A DNA stretch of 64,000 bases from Rikenellaceae bacterium (GTDB taxonomy: Bacteria > Bacteroidota > Bacteroidia > Bacteroidales > Rikenellaceae): contig JBCQTT010000005.1 in NCBI GenBank assembly GCA_047174765.1, positions 7,228 to 71,227 of the forward strand, in the 5' to 3' direction. The notes below the pieces were generated by a model, which saw nothing but the letters and a program-made list of their open reading frames with translations, had not been told where the DNA came from and did no database searches. Made by a program: the position numbers and the translations under genes. Positions 32,075 to 43,263 of the stretch are shown here, piece by piece (position 1 is the stretch's first letter; each line of letters begins with the position of its first letter).

Positions 32075-35000
32075 TTACTCAAGCTTTACAGAGAGTGCCA
32101 ATCCGCGAAGCTCGTGGAGCAACACATTCATAGCCTCTGGAATACCCGGCTTCGGAAGGTTGTCGCCCTTCACAATAGCCTCGTAGGTCTTGGCACGTCC
32201 CATTACATCATCGGACTTAATTGTCAAGATCTCCTGTAGGATATTGGCTGCACCGAAGCCCTCCAATGCCCAAACCTCCATCTCTCCAAAACGCTGTCCT
32301 CCGAACTGCGCCTTACCTCCAAGTGGCTGCTGAGTGATGAGTGAGTATGGTCCAATCGAACGAGCGTGCATCTTATCGTCGATCATATGTCCCAACTTAA
32401 GCATATAGGTAACTCCAACTGTCGCAGGCTGGTCGAACATCTCGCCCGTACCTCCATCATAGAGATATGTACGTCCGCTATGTGGGATTCCCGCCTTTGC
32501 GCCCAACTCGTTTACATCATCCAACGACGCTCCATCGAAGATAGGGGTGGCAAACTTAACGCCCAACTCCTTACCGGCCCAACCCAACACAGACTCAAAG
32601 ATCTGTCCAAGGTTCATTCGCGATGGTACTCCAAGTGGATTCAAACAGATATCAACAATCGATCCATCCTCCAAGAAAGGCATATCCTCGTCACGAACAA
32701 TCTTCGCTACGATACCCTTATTTCCGTGACGTCCCGCCATCTTATCTCCAACCTTCAACTTACGCTTCTTCGCTACGTAGACCTTCGCCAGCTGAATAAC
32801 TCCATTCTGTGGCAACTCATCGCCGTTGGTCATATTGTACTTCTCGCGCTTGATAGTTGCGTCGGCACGCTTCCACTCCAAGATGTAGTTATTTACACAC
32901 TTCTCGATAAGAGTATTCGTATGCTCATCGCTACTCCAGTTGCAGCTTCCCAAAGAGAGGTAACCCATCGGTGCTCCACTCTTCTCATCTGTTGTGATAG
33001 AGGCGATGCTCTCGAACATCTTTGCAGTGAACTTAGAGCCTGCGGCATACAACTCAACTCCAAAATAGTCGTAGATACCTGTTGTGGTCTGACCATCGAG
33101 CAGCTGCATCAACTTATCGACCAAACGATCCGTAAGCTCCGCGATCTGCCCAACGAGCTTCTCATCCATCTTATCCATCTGAGCTTTCTCCGCAGCACGT
33201 GACTTCTTCGCATCCTTGTTGGCGCGAGCGTAGAGTCTCGTGTCGATAACAACTCCGTGGAGTGATGGTTGTGCCTTCATCGAAGCATCCTTAACATCTC
33301 CAGCCTTATCTCCAAAGATCGCTCTTAGGAGCTTCTCCTCTGGTGATGGGTCGCTCTCGCCCTTAGGGGTGATCTTTCCGATCAAGATATCTCCCGGGTG
33401 GATGTTTGCTCCAATACGTACAATACCATTCGTATCCAAATCCTTCGTCGCATCCTCACTAACATTCGGAATGTCGGAGGTCAACTCCTCGACTCCGCGC
33501 TTCGTGTCGCGAACCTCCATAATGTACTCGTCAACGTGTACCGACGTGAAGATATCATCTCTCTGGATACGCTCCGAGATAACGATCGCATCCTCGAAGT
33601 TATAACCCTTCCAAGGCATATATGCAACCTTCAAGTTGCGTCCCAACGCCAACTCTCCACCCTGTGTAGAGTAACCCTCGGTGAGGATCTGACCCTTCGT
33701 AACGCGCTCACCTGTCAAGACACGTGGCTTCAATGTTACTGAGGTATTTTGGTTGGTACGACGGTAACGTGGCAAGTTATATATTGTAACCTCGGGATCG
33801 AACGAACAGATGATCTCCTCCTCTGTTCTGTCGTACTTAACCTCGATTCGCGAAGCGTCAGAGAAGATAACCTCTCCATCCTTCTCCGCAACAACGTGGT
33901 TACGACTATCGATCACAAGATCCTTCTCAATACCTGTTCCAACAATCGGCGCCTCGGTAGTAACCAATGGTACTGCCTGACGCATCATATTAGATCCCAT
34001 CAATGCACGGTTCGCATCATCGTGCTCCAAGAATGGAATGAGCGATGCCGCAATCGATGCAATCTGGTTTGGCGCAACATCCAACAGATCCAAATCTGTC
34101 GCCGTCACGACTGGTACGTCTGCTCCTGCGCGTGCCTTGATACGATCGGGTGTCACAAAGTAACCCTCATCGGTCAACGGCATAAACGCCTGCGCAACGA
34201 CCTTACCCTCCTCCTCTTCGGCTGAGTAGTATTTGATGTGCGAGTTGTCGAGATCTACCCTACCCTCCTCTACAGTGCGATATGGAGTCTCGATGAATCC
34301 CATCGGTGAGATCTTCGCAAAGACACACAACGACGAGATAAGTCCGATGTTCGGTCCCTCAGGCGACTCAATAGGACACAAACGTCCGTAGTGAGTGTAG
34401 TGAACGTCACGAACCTCAAATCCCGCACGATCACGCGAAAGTCCTCCCGGTCCGAGAGCCGACAGACGTCTCTTGTGGGTGATCTCCGCAAGTGGGTTGA
34501 TCTGATCCATAAACTGCGACAACTGCGACGTTCCGAAGAATGAGTTGATTACACTCGACAGAGTCTTTGCATTAATCAAATCTATCGGCGTGAAGATCTC
34601 ATTGTCGCGCACATTCATCCTCTCGCGGATGGTACGTGCCATTCTCACAAATCCAACTGAGAACTGACTCGACAACTGCTCGCCCACGGTACGAACACGA
34701 CGGTTCGACAAGTGGTCGATATCATCGACATCTGCCTTCGAGTTGATGAGCTGAATCAAATATTTAATGATCGCGATAATATCCTCGCGAGTCAATGTAC
34801 GTGTTGCAGGGTCGGTATCGAGCTCCAACTTGCGGTTGATTCGATAACGCCCCACCTCTCCAAGGTCATAACGCTTATCCGAGAAGAACAACTTCTCGAT
34901 TACGTCACGTGCCGTAGCCTCATCTGGTGGCTCAGAGGCTCTCAACTGCCTATAGATATAGACAACAGCCTCCTTCTCCGAGTTACACGTATCCTTCTGG

Positions 35001-35935
35001 AGAGTATTATATATTATAGAGAAGTCGACACCCGACGATGACTCCTTGTGGAGCAAAATCGTCCTAGCACCGCTCTCGATGATCTCATCTACGTGCTCCT
35101 TCTCTAGCACGGTCTCGCGATCTACGATCACGTTATTTCGCTCGATAGAGACAACCTCTCCGGTATCCTCATCGACGAAATCCTCAATCCAAGTCTGCAG
35201 TACTCTTGCCGCCAATTTGCGACCTACAGCCTTCTTGAGGTTTGCCTTGTTCACCTTAACCTCATCCGCCAAGTCAAAGATCTCCAAGATCTGCTGGTCG
35301 GTCTCGAAGCCGATAGCTCGCAACAATGTTGTTACGGGTAACTTCTTCTTACGGTCGATGTAGGCATACATCACATTGTTGATGTCCGTAGCAAACTCAA
35401 TCCAAGAACCCTTGAATGGAATGATACGTGCAGAGTGGAGCTTCGTTCCGTTGGTGTGCATACTCTGTCCAAAGAATACACCCGGTGAACGATGCAACTG
35501 CGACACAATTACGCGCTCTGCTCCATTTATGACGAACGTTCCTCGTTCCGTCATATAGGGGATAGTACCGAAATAAACATCCTGTACTACAACGCCAAAA
35601 TCTTCGTGGTCGTCATCGGTACAATACAACTTCAGCTTCGCCTTCAACGGCACACTGTAGCTTAGAGCCCTCTCCAAACACTCATCTATCGAGTAACGAG
35701 GTGGGTCAATGTAGTAGTCGATGAACTCCAACACGAAGTTGTTGCGAGTATCTGTAATTGGGAAGTTCTCCTGAAATACCTTGTAGAGACCCTCGCTCTT
35801 GCGATTCTCTGCGGTGGTATCCATCTGGAAAAAATCACGAAATGATTTGAGCTGTACTTCGAGCAAATCAGGATATGGGACAGGTGTCTTGATCGTCGAG
35901 AAGCTAACTCTTTTTTGTTGTTCTGTTGCGGACAT
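32075..35935 (-). CDS. rpoB: DNA-directed RNA polymerase beta subunit
   Basis: [28 protein letters not shown]; start ATG 35935 (or TTG 35941). Confidence 0.99.
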   Translation of the reverse strand: MSATEQQKRVSFSTIKTPVPYPDLLEVQLKSFRDFFQMDTTAENRKSEGLYKVFQENFPITDTRNNFVLEFIDYYIDPPRYSIDECLERALSYSVPLKAKLKLYCTDDDHEDFGVVVQDVYFGTIPYMTERGTFVINGAERVIVSQLHRSPGVFFGQSMHTNGTKLHSARIIPFKGSWIEFATDINNVMYAYIDRKKKLPVTTLLRAIGFETDQQILEIFDLADEVKVNKANLKKAVGRKLAARVLQTWIEDFVDEDTGEVVSIERNNVIVDRETVLEKEHVDEIIESGARTILLHKESSSGVDFSIIYNTLQKDTCNSEKEAVVYIYRQLRASEPPDEATARDVIEKLFFSDKRYDLGEVGRYRINRKLELDTDPATRTLTREDIIAIIKYLIQLINSKADVDDIDHLSNRRVRTVGEQLSSQFSVGFVRMARTIRERMNVRDNEIFTPIDLINAKTLSSVINSFFGTSQLSQFMDQINPLAEITHKRRLSALGPGGLSRDRAGFEVRDVHYTHYGRLCPIESPEGPNIGLISSLCVFAKISPMGFIETPYRTVEEGRVDLDNSHIKYYSAEEEEGKVVAQAFMPLTDEGYFVTPDRIKARAGADVPVVTATDLDLLDVAPNQIASIAASLIPFLEHDDANRALMGSNMMRQAVPLVTTEAPIVGTGIEKDLVIDSRNHVVAEKDGEVIFSDASRIEVKYDRTEEEIICSFDPEVTIYNLPRYRRTNQNTSVTLKPRVLTGERVTKGQILTEGYSTQGGELALGRNLKVAYMPWKGYNFEDAIVISERIQRDDIFTSVHVDEYIMEVRDTKRGVEELTSDIPNVSEDATKDLDTNGIVRIGANIHPGDILIGKITPKGESDPSPEEKLLRAIFGDKAGDVKDASMKAQPSLHGVVIDTRLYARANKDAKKSRAAEKAQMDKMDEKLVGQIAELTDRLVDKLMQLLDGQTTTGIYDYFGVELYAAGSKFTAKMFESIASITTDEKSGAPMGYLSLGSCNWSSDEHTNTLIEKCVNNYILEWKRADATIKREKYNMTNGDELPQNGVIQLAKVYVAKKRKLKVGDKMAGRHGNKGIVAKIVRDEDMPFLEDGSIVDICLNPLGVPSRMNLGQIFESVLGWAGKELGVKFATPIFDGASLDDVNELGAKAGIPHSGRTYLYDGGTGEMFDQPATVGVTYMLKLGHMIDDKMHARSIGPYSLITQQPLGGKAQFGGQRFGEMEVWALEGFGAANILQEILTIKSDDVMGRAKTYEAIVKGDNLPKPGIPEAMNVLLHELRGLALSVKLE

Positions 35936-36167
35936 CAGCAAAATCCAATTTTAGTTGATTGAAGTGGTCGGTGCGCCATCTCGCGATCGAACCCAACAAA
36001 TATCGTTATATTCCTAATATTGTGAACTATAACTATTCGATAGGATGCGGATAATATGCACTGCCACTCAGTACTAATTATCTCTGCGTCAACGAATTAA
36101 CACAGAGGGCACAACTATTGCCTAAATAACTTCGAGATTATTACGATCTCCTACGTTTATTTAGACG

Positions 36168-36204
36168 AGAAAAGGTATAGAGCTAAAAACTTAGCTCTAC
36201 ACCT
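36168..36204 (-). terminator. terminator/attenuator between rplL and rpoB
   Basis: AGGTGTAGAGCTAA..TTAGCTCTATACCT followed by TTT on the minus strand. Confidence 0.65.
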
Positions 36205-36230
36205 GAATTTGAGTCTTGGGTATGACTTAA

Positions 36231-36605
36231 TTACTTAAGCTCAACCTCTGCTCCAGCCTCCTCAAGCTGTGACTTGATAGACTCAGCCTCCTCTTTAGAG
36301 ACACCCTCCTTAACAGCCTTAGGCGCACCGTCAACCAAAGCCTTAGCGTCTCCCAATGAAAGACCTGCAACCTCCTTAACAGCCTTGATAACCTGAAGCT
36401 TAGCCTGACCTGCAGATACCAATACTACATCGAATGATGTCTTCTCTGCTACTGCTGCCTCACCTGCTGCTGGAGCTGCTGCTACTGCAACTGCTGCCGC
36501 TGCTGGCTCAATACCGTACTCCTCCTTGAGGATTGTTGCCAACTCATTTACCTCCTTAACTGTCAAGTTTACCAACTCCTCAGCCAATACTTTTACATCT
36601 GCCAT
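36231..36605 (-). CDS. rplL: 50S ribosomal protein L7/L12
   Basis: [20 protein letters not shown]. Confidence 0.98.
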   Translation of the reverse strand: MADVKVLAEELVNLTVKEVNELATILKEEYGIEPAAAAVAVAAAPAAGEAAVAEKTSFDVVLVSAGQAKLQVIKAVKEVAGLSLGDAKALVDGAPKAVKEGVSKEEAESIKSQLEEAGAEVELK

Positions 36606-36689
36606 TGTTGTAATTCTATTTTAATTTTTTGTTTTACTAATTAAACTGTTTTTTGTAACTAACGCTAACTTTTTGTATAGCTTCGTTGG

Positions 36690-37214
36690 TTACTGAGCTC
36701 TCTCCTCAAGTGTCTTTACGAGACCTGCGATCTTCTGACCAGCGCTACCCTGCAATGCAGAGATAACGTTCTTCGCTGGTGACTGAAGCAATGCAACAAC
36801 GTCTGCGATAAGCTCCTCGCGGCTCTTAATGCTACATAGAGCATCAACTTGATTGTCACCTACATAAACACATCCCCCAGCGTATGCAGCCTTCAATACT
36901 GGCTTCTCGCTGCTCTTGCGGAACTCCTTAATAAGGAGTGCAGGTGCCTTTGCACTCTGTGAGAACATCACTGAAGTAGAACCCTCCAATACTGATACCA
37001 ACTCTGCATCAGCCTTCTCAGACTTCTCCAACGCCTTGTTCAAAAGCGTGTTCTTTACCACTACCAACTTAACTTCCTTCTCGAAACACATACGACGTAG
37101 TGACGCAGTTTTCTCAGCATTCAAGCCTTCGATGTTAGTGATATAGAAGTGAGGATACTCAGCGAGTAGAGCAGCTAGACTCTCTATGAGAGCACTTTTT
37201 TGTTCTTTTGTCAT
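36690..37214 (-). CDS. rplJ: 50S ribosomal protein L10
   Basis: VVKNTL, SREELIA..LLQSP; between rplA and rplL. Confidence 0.96.
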   Translation of the reverse strand: MTKEQKSALIESLAALLAEYPHFYITNIEGLNAEKTASLRRMCFEKEVKLVVVKNTLLNKALEKSEKADAELVSVLEGSTSVMFSQSAKAPALLIKEFRKSSEKPVLKAAYAGGCVYVGDNQVDALCSIKSREELIADVVALLQSPAKNVISALQGSAGQKIAGLVKTLEERAQ

Positions 37215-37230
37215 CTCTTACTATCCCCCC

Positions 37231-37929
37231 TTATTTTGATTCAACTGATTTAGGATCGATCTGAACACCCGGGCTCATTGTTGACGAGAGATAGATACTC
37301 TGAACATATGTTCCCTTTGCAGCTGCTGGCTTCAACTTCATTACTGTAGAGAGGAACTCCTGAGCATTCTCAACGATCTTCTCTGCGTCAAATGAAACCT
37401 TACCTACTGCGGTGTGTACAATACCGAACTTGTCGACCTTAAAGTCGATCTTACCTGCCTTTACCTCATTAACAGCCTTTGCTACATCCATTGTAACAGT
37501 ACCTGTCTTAGGGTTTGGCATCAAGTTACGAGGACCTAGAATACGTCCCAACGCTCCTACTTTACCCATTACGTTTGGTGTAGTGATGATAACATCAACG
37601 TCGGTCCAACCTCCCTTGATCTTCTCTACATACTCATCCAAACCTACGAAATCAGCACCAGCAGCTGTAGCCTCAGCCTCCTTCTCAGGTGTACAAAGTA
37701 CGAGAACGCGCTTTGTCTTTCCTGTTCCGTGAGGTAGTGTTACTGAACCACGAACCATCTGATTTGCTTTGCGTGGGTCAACACCCAAACGAACATCAAT
37801 ATCTACTGATGCGTCAAATTTCGTAAAGGTAATCTCCTTGAGAAGAGCGGCAGCCTCAGTAAGCTTGTAGAGCTTGCCGCTCTCAACCTTTGCGTAGGCA
37901 GTTTTTTGATTTTTTGTCAATTTACTCAT
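37231..37929 (-). CDS. rplA: 50S ribosomal protein L1
   Basis: [29 protein letters not shown]. Confidence 0.98.
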   Translation of the reverse strand: MSKLTKNQKTAYAKVESGKLYKLTEAAALLKEITFTKFDASVDIDVRLGVDPRKANQMVRGSVTLPHGTGKTKRVLVLCTPEKEAEATAAGADFVGLDEYVEKIKGGWTDVDVIITTPNVMGKVGALGRILGPRNLMPNPKTGTVTMDVAKAVNEVKAGKIDFKVDKFGIVHTAVGKVSFDAEKIVENAQEFLSTVMKLKPAAAKGTYVQSIYLSSTMSPGVQIDPKSVESK

Positions 37930-37940
37930 CTTCGTGTCAA

Positions 37941-38381
37941 TTACAAGTTAGGAAATTCGCCTACAACAGTCAGACCCATACTGCGTGCAGTACCGGCAAC
38001 CATCTTCATTGCAGCCTCAATTGTAAAGCAGTTCATATCAGGCATCTTGTCCTGTGCGATCTGCTGAACCTGCTCCCACGTTACCTGACCGACTTTGTTT
38101 CGGTTAGGCTGTGCAGAACCAGACTTGATGCCAGCGGCATCCTTGAGCTGAATGGCTACAGGTGGTTGTTTAACGACGAAGTCAAATGACTTATCGCTAT
38201 ACACCGTGATGATGACTGGAAGAACCTTTCCTGCCCTATCCTGTGTGCGCGCATTGAACTGCTTACAGAAGTCCATAATGTTGACTCCCTTAGAACCCAA
38301 CGCAGGACCCACTGGGGGTGAAGGATTGGCGGCACCACCCTTAATCTGCAATTTAATAAATGCAGCAACCTCTTTTGCCAT
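37941..38381 (-). CDS. rplK: 50S ribosomal protein L11
   Basis: [28 protein letters not shown]. Confidence 0.98.
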   Translation of the reverse strand: MAKEVAAFIKLQIKGGAANPSPPVGPALGSKGVNIMDFCKQFNARTQDRAGKVLPVIITVYSDKSFDFVVKQPPVAIQLKDAAGIKSGSAQPNRNKVGQVTWEQVQQIAQDKMPDMNCFTIEAAMKMVAGTARSMGLTVVGEFPNL

Positions 38382-38396
38382 AATTTTCCTTTGTTA

Positions 38397-38957
38397 TTAT
38401 TCTTTTTCTACTTGTGTGAAACCCAACTCCATTGGAGTTTTGCGCCCAAATATCTTAACAGATACTGTGAGTTTCTTACGCTCATTGTCGACGACCTCAA
38501 TAATACCTTGGAAGCTTGAGAATGGACCATCTGTAACTTTGACAGTCTCGCCTTCAAAGAATGGTACTTCGTTCTCCTCCTCTTGCACTCGAAGATCGTC
38601 AACACGTCCGAGAATCCTCGCAACCTCTGCCTCACGTAGTGGTGTGGCGTTCATCTTGCGACTATCCTCTTTGGTGTCACCCAAAAATCCTAGTACATTT
38701 GGAATATTACGAATTATAGTTGGAATATGACCGACAAATGCGGCCTCAATTAATACATAACCCGGGTAAGAGACCTTATCCTTTGAGTACTTCTTGCCAT
38801 TACGGATCGTGTAGACCTTCTCGGTTGGAATCAACACTTGCGAGATATAATCCTCCAAATTATTGTGGCGAATTTCTGTCTCAATATACTCCTTTACCTT
38901 GTTCTCCTTTCCGCCAATGGCACGCACAACGTACCACTGCTTTGCAATTTCACTCAT
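38397..38957 (-). CDS. nusG: transcription termination/antitermination factor NusG
   Basis: WYVVRA..GKE, PGYVLIE, KOW motif, IFGRKTPMEL. Confidence 0.97.
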   Translation of the reverse strand: MSEIAKQWYVVRAIGGKENKVKEYIETEIRHNNLEDYISQVLIPTEKVYTIRNGKKYSKDKVSYPGYVLIEAAFVGHIPTIIRNIPNVLGFLGDTKEDSRKMNATPLREAEVARILGRVDDLRVQEEENEVPFFEGETVKVTDGPFSSFQGIIEVVDNERKKLTVSVKIFGRKTPMELGFTQVEKE

Positions 38958-38992
38958 TGTCTAAAACCCCTTCTCGTTTAAGTTTGTTACCC

Positions 38993-39187
38993 CTAAAAAA
39001 TATTACCTAGGGTCTTATAGATAAAGCCCATAATACCCTCAAACGACAAATCCATAGCCAATATGATAACTGCAAAGATCGCTGTTGTTACCATAACAAC
39101 GATAGTCGAGCCCTGAAGCTCGCTCATTGATGGCCAAGTCACTTTATTTACCAACTCAGCATATGAATCCTTGATGTAGTTAATCAT
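38993..39187 (-). CDS. secE: preprotein translocase subunit SecE
   Basis: EL.NKVTWP motif plus TM helix, between tRNA-Trp and nusG; start ATG 39187 (or TTG 39196). Confidence 0.93.
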   Translation of the reverse strand: MINYIKDSYAELVNKVTWPSMSELQGSTIVVMVTTAIFAVIILAMDLSFEGIMGFIYKTLGNIF

Positions 39188-39213
39188 CGCGTTCAATTAT
39201 TTAGTTTTTCAAG

Positions 39214-39284
39214 CAGGAGCAGAGGGATTCGAACCCCCATCAACGGTTTTGGAGACCGCTATTCTACCCTTGAACTATGCTCCT
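39214..39284 (-). tRNA. tRNA-Trp (CCA)
   Basis: AGGAGCA acceptor stem, anticodon loop CTCCAAA, GGTTCGAATCC T arm. Confidence 0.95.
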
Positions 39285-39396
39285 AAAAAAGGGTTGGAGC
39301 GAATTTGTGACTCTTCATCACTCCAACCCTAAATGTTTTATTGATATTCAACTTTGGTGTGTCGCGTCTCTGCTCCTACACCAGAAGTTGTTTCAA

Positions 39397-40581
39397 TTAC
39401 TCTACAATAGAGGTGATCTGACCTGCACCTACTGTACGTCCACCCTCACGGATAGCGAAACGTAGACCCTCGTTCAATGCTACTGGGTAGATCAAAGTTA
39501 CTGTGATAGTAACGTGGTCACCCGGCATAATCATATCTACTCCCTCTGGAAGTGTCACCTCTCCGGTGATATCCATTGTACGTAGGTAGAACTGAGGACG
39601 GTACTTGTTGTGGAATGGAGTATGACGTCCACCCTCCTCTTTCTTCAAGATATAAACCTCTGCCTTGAAGATTGTGTGTGGAGTTGTAGAACCCGGCTTA
39701 GCAACAACCATACCGCGCTTGATGTCGTTCTTGTCGATACCGCGCATCAAAAGACCTACGTTATCTCCAGCCTCTCCCTGATCGAGGAGCTTGCGGAACA
39801 TCTCAACACCTGTACAAGTTGACGAAAGAGTCTTGTCAAGACCTACGATCTCAACTGGATCTCCTACGTGGATGATACCTGTCTCGATACGTCCTGTTAC
39901 TACTGTTCCACGACCTGTGATTGAGAATACGTCCTCAACTGGCATCAAGAATGGCTTCTCATTCTCACGCTCTGGGATTGGAATATACTCGTCAACAGCA
40001 GCCATAAGCTCCATAATCTTCTCTGCCCAAGTTGGCTCGCCGTTAAGACCACCAAGTGCTGATCCACGGATAACTGGTGCGTTGTCACCATCGAACTCAT
40101 ACTTGCTAAGAAGGTCACGAACCTCCATCTCTACAAGGTCAAGCATCTCTGGATCGTCAACCATATCACACTTGTTAAGGAAAACAACGATCTTAGGAAC
40201 GTTTACCTGACGAGCAAGAAGTACGTGCTCATTTGTCTGAGGCATAGGACCATCTGTTGCTGCTACTACAAGGATAGCACCATCCATCTGTGCTGCTCCA
40301 GTAACCATATTCTTTACGTAGTCGGCGTGACCGGGGCAATCTACGTGAGCATAGTGACGGTTTGCTGTCTGATACTCTACGTGAGCTGTGTTGATAGTGA
40401 TACCGCGCTCTTTCTCCTCAGGTGCGTTGTCGATTGAGTCGAATGAACGAAGCTCAGAAAGACCAGCCTTTGCAAGAACTGTTGTGATAGCCGCAGTAAG
40501 AGTTGTCTTACCGTGGTCAACGTGACCGATTGTACCAATGTTTACGTGTGGTTTCGAACGGTCAAATTTTTCTTTTGCCAT
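39397..40581 (-). CDS. tuf: elongation factor Tu
   Basis: [21 protein letters not shown]. Confidence 0.99.
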   Translation of the reverse strand: MAKEKFDRSKPHVNIGTIGHVDHGKTTLTAAITTVLAKAGLSELRSFDSIDNAPEEKERGITINTAHVEYQTANRHYAHVDCPGHADYVKNMVTGAAQMDGAILVVAATDGPMPQTNEHVLLARQVNVPKIVVFLNKCDMVDDPEMLDLVEMEVRDLLSKYEFDGDNAPVIRGSALGGLNGEPTWAEKIMELMAAVDEYIPIPERENEKPFLMPVEDVFSITGRGTVVTGRIETGIIHVGDPVEIVGLDKTLSSTCTGVEMFRKLLDQGEAGDNVGLLMRGIDKNDIKRGMVVAKPGSTTPHTIFKAEVYILKKEEGGRHTPFHNKYRPQFYLRTMDITGEVTLPEGVDMIMPGDHVTITVTLIYPVALNEGLRFAIREGGRTVGAGQITSIVE

Positions 40582-40740
40582 AATTGTAAATTATTAAATT
40601 TTTAATGTCTTTAAGTTTTCTATTACGTCTGCCCCACACTCATCATCACTGGGCATCGGGTCGATAATTTGCAATAAAATCGAGTGACACAATTACCCCT
40701 CATATCTGAGTGGTGAATGTATCACACGAATCTTTTTTTG

Positions 40741-40813
40741 AGCGGAAGACGAGACTCGAACTCGCAACCCTTAGCTTGGAAGGCTAATGCTCTACCAATT
40801 GAGCTACTTCCGC
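40741..40813 (-). tRNA. tRNA-Gly (TCC)
   Basis: GCGGAAG acceptor stem, anticodon loop CTTCCAA, GTTCGAG T loop. Confidence 0.95.
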
Positions 40814-40893
40814 AAAAAAAATATTTTAATCAAAAGGAGACCTCAGCCTCTCTACACAACGCTCAGCTCTCGAAGAACCGACGCCTGCATCTG

Positions 40894-40976
40894 TGGGAAG
40901 TGATGGATTCGAACCACCGTAAGCGTAAGCTAGCAGATTTACAGTCTGCCCCATTTGGCCACTCTGGTAACTTCCC
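40894..40976 (-). tRNA. tRNA-Tyr (GTA)
   Basis: GGGAAGT acceptor stem, GCAGA-CTGTAAA-TCTGC anticodon arm, long variable arm. Confidence 0.95.
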
Positions 40977-41001
40977 TCGAATTGTATCACTTTCGTTTTT
41001 G

Positions 41002-41075
41002 AGCCGATGGAGGGATTCGAACCCCCGACCAGCTGATTACAAATCAGCTGCTCTGGCCAACTGAGCTACATCGGC
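41002..41075 (-). tRNA. tRNA-Thr (TGT)
   Basis: GCCGATG acceptor stem, GCTGA-TTTGTAA-TCAGC anticodon arm; TACCTTTG promoter at 41101-41094. Confidence 0.95.
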
Positions 41076-41434
41076 ATTGACCTTTTCGAGATGCAAAGGT
41101 ATGAAAAAAATCTTTAACTCCAAATTTTTTGTGTACTTTTTTTCAAAAAAATTCAAATCAACGATTTTTATCAATCTCCTTCTATCAAAGAACTATCGAC
41201 TTATCCGACTGCGTGTGGTACATAAACCTGCAATGGAAATCGGTGACAAAGATAGAATAGTTTTTCTATATATCCAACAAATCGGCTTATTATTTTTGCG
41301 AAAAAACCTCTTTTTATTGTTGCAAAGAGGGATTGGGGCGATTTTGAGGGGGTTAGGGTGGCTTTCGCAAGGGTTAGCAGAGCTTCGAAGAGGTTCGAAG
41401 AGACAAAGTATCTCCATTGCAAATTAGCGAAGAC

Positions 41435-41481
41435 AAAAAAAATGCCCCACTCATCTCCCAAAACGAGAGTCGAGTGGGACA
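41435..41481 (-). terminator. terminator downstream of ferredoxin
   Basis: CCCACTC...GAGTGGG stem followed by a T tract on the minus strand. Confidence 0.6.
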
Positions 41482-41531
41482 CCATCCCTAAAACCAACGC
41501 CTAGCTATCGAAAAGATAGAACAGCGAAGGA

Positions 41532-41699
41532 TTACTCAGCTGAAATAGCCTCAGCAGGACAAACGCCAGCACAAGCACCACAGTCGATGCAAGCTGATGC
41601 GTCAATTACGTAAAGATCACCAGCAGAGATTGCCTCTACTGGACACTCGTCAATACAAGTGCCACAAGCGACACAAGCATCTGAAATTTTGTAAGCCAT
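41532..41699 (-). CDS. 2[4Fe-4S] ferredoxin
   Basis: MAYKISDACVACGTCIDECP and CIDCGACAGVCP; true start ATG 41699. Confidence 0.95.
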   Translation of the reverse strand: MAYKISDACVACGTCIDECPVEAISAGDLYVIDASACIDCGACAGVCPAEAISAE

Positions 41700-41776
41700 A
41701 GTTGTAATGTTTTTATGTTCTAAAATAAGGTGTGACTCCAGACGCGCATCAAGAATCACACCACAAATGTATACTT

Positions 41777-43048
41777 TTATTTGATTAAATCAAAGCCTGT
41801 GTAGGGAATTAATACCTCGGGGATACAAATTCCATCTTCGCACTGGTTATTCTCAAGCAATGCCGCTACGATACGAGGCAACGCAAGCGATGAACCATTG
41901 AGGGTATGAGCCAATTGACTCTTTTTGTCGGCTCCCTTGAAACGCAACTTTAGGCGATTTGCTTGGAACGACTCGAAGTTCGACACCGACGACACCTCCA
42001 ACCAACGATCCTGCGCCGCAGAGTAGACCTCAAAATCGTAGGTCAACGACGACGTGAAACTCATATCGCCTCCACAAAGACGCAAAATACGGTATGGAAG
42101 TCCCAACGCCTTGACGATGCTCTCCACGTGATCGACCATTGCATCCAACGCCTCATATGATTTGTCGGGGTGCGCAACCTGCACGATCTCCACCTTATCG
42201 AATTGATGGAGGCGATTTAGACCGCGTACATCCTTACCATATGAACCCGCCTCGCGACGGAAACAAGGGGTGTAGGCTGTCATCTTCACCGGCAACTCCT
42301 TCTCGTCGAGGATAACGTCGCGGAAGATATTCGTCACAGGAACCTCGGCTGTTGGTACTAAGTATAGGTTATCGGCTGTGGCGTGGTACATCTGCCCCTC
42401 CTTATCGGGAAGCTGTCCCGTTCCGAATCCCGATGCCTCGTTGACAACAACGGGCGGCTCAATCTCTTGATAGCCTGCCGCCGTGTTACGATCGAGGAAG
42501 AAGTTGATGAGGGCGCGCTGCAAACGAGCTCCCTTACCTTTATATACGGGGAATCCTGCACCCGTAAGCTTCACTCCAAGGTCGAAATCTATAATATCAT
42601 ATTTACGAGCTAGCTCCCAGTGTGGTTCAGCCTTTGCGGGGAGGTTCAACTCCACATCAACACGCTTCACCTCCACGTTATCCTCTGCCACACGCCCCTC
42701 GGGAACAATGTCGGCAGGGAAGTTTGGCAACAACACGATCTGCGACTGCAATTCATCACCCACTCTCTTTGCCTCCTCAGATAGCTCTGCGGAGCGAGAC
42801 TTCAATGATGCGACCTCCGCCTTCTTCTGCTCTGCCGCCTCACGCTCACCCTTTGACATAAGTGCACCGATCTGCTTTGCCGCCTGATTCTGCGACGCTA
42901 GGCAGTTGTCGAGCTCCACCTGAATCGCCTTACGACGATCGTCCAACTTCTCGATTGCGTCAATTATAGGTGCCGCATCGACCCCCTTCTTCGCTAGACG
43001 CGCCTCCGCCTCCGTGCGATTCTCTCTGATCTGTTTGAGTGTTAACAT
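41777..43048 (-). CDS. serS: serine--tRNA ligase
   Basis: GTGQLP, PTAEVP, FRREAG, RLHQFDKVE, EVSSVSN, HTLNGS. Confidence 0.97.
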   Translation of the reverse strand: MLTLKQIRENRTEAEARLAKKGVDAAPIIDAIEKLDDRRKAIQVELDNCLASQNQAAKQIGALMSKGEREAAEQKKAEVASLKSRSAELSEEAKRVGDELQSQIVLLPNFPADIVPEGRVAEDNVEVKRVDVELNLPAKAEPHWELARKYDIIDFDLGVKLTGAGFPVYKGKGARLQRALINFFLDRNTAAGYQEIEPPVVVNEASGFGTGQLPDKEGQMYHATADNLYLVPTAEVPVTNIFRDVILDEKELPVKMTAYTPCFRREAGSYGKDVRGLNRLHQFDKVEIVQVAHPDKSYEALDAMVDHVESIVKALGLPYRILRLCGGDMSFTSSLTYDFEVYSAAQDRWLEVSSVSNFESFQANRLKLRFKGADKKSQLAHTLNGSSLALPRIVAALLENNQCEDGICIPEVLIPYTGFDLIK

Positions 43049-43263
43049 TCTTATATTTTGATTTTTGAACTCCTCTTTGCGAAATAAATTACGTAGGCAA
43101 AGGTATAAAAAATATTTTTGATTTATAGAAAAACTTAAGCAGATTCTAACTTTCGCGTAAAAGAGTTGCTATGTATAACCATTTTTCAATAAAAATTCGT
43201 ATCTTTGTTTTACGGTTACGCCCCTTTATTAATATATATAGGTATAAACTCACTTTACTAAGA

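Noticed and set aside
26935-35558. Many long antisense ORFs over rpoC and rpoB (also over ftsA, comM, tamB)
   Set aside because: Shadow ORFs caused by codon bias of the real genes; no family motifs.
41077-41497. ORFs 41077-41427, 41193-41417 and 41201-41497
   Set aside because: Low-complexity AT-rich translations overlapping promoters and a terminator; no recognisable protein features.
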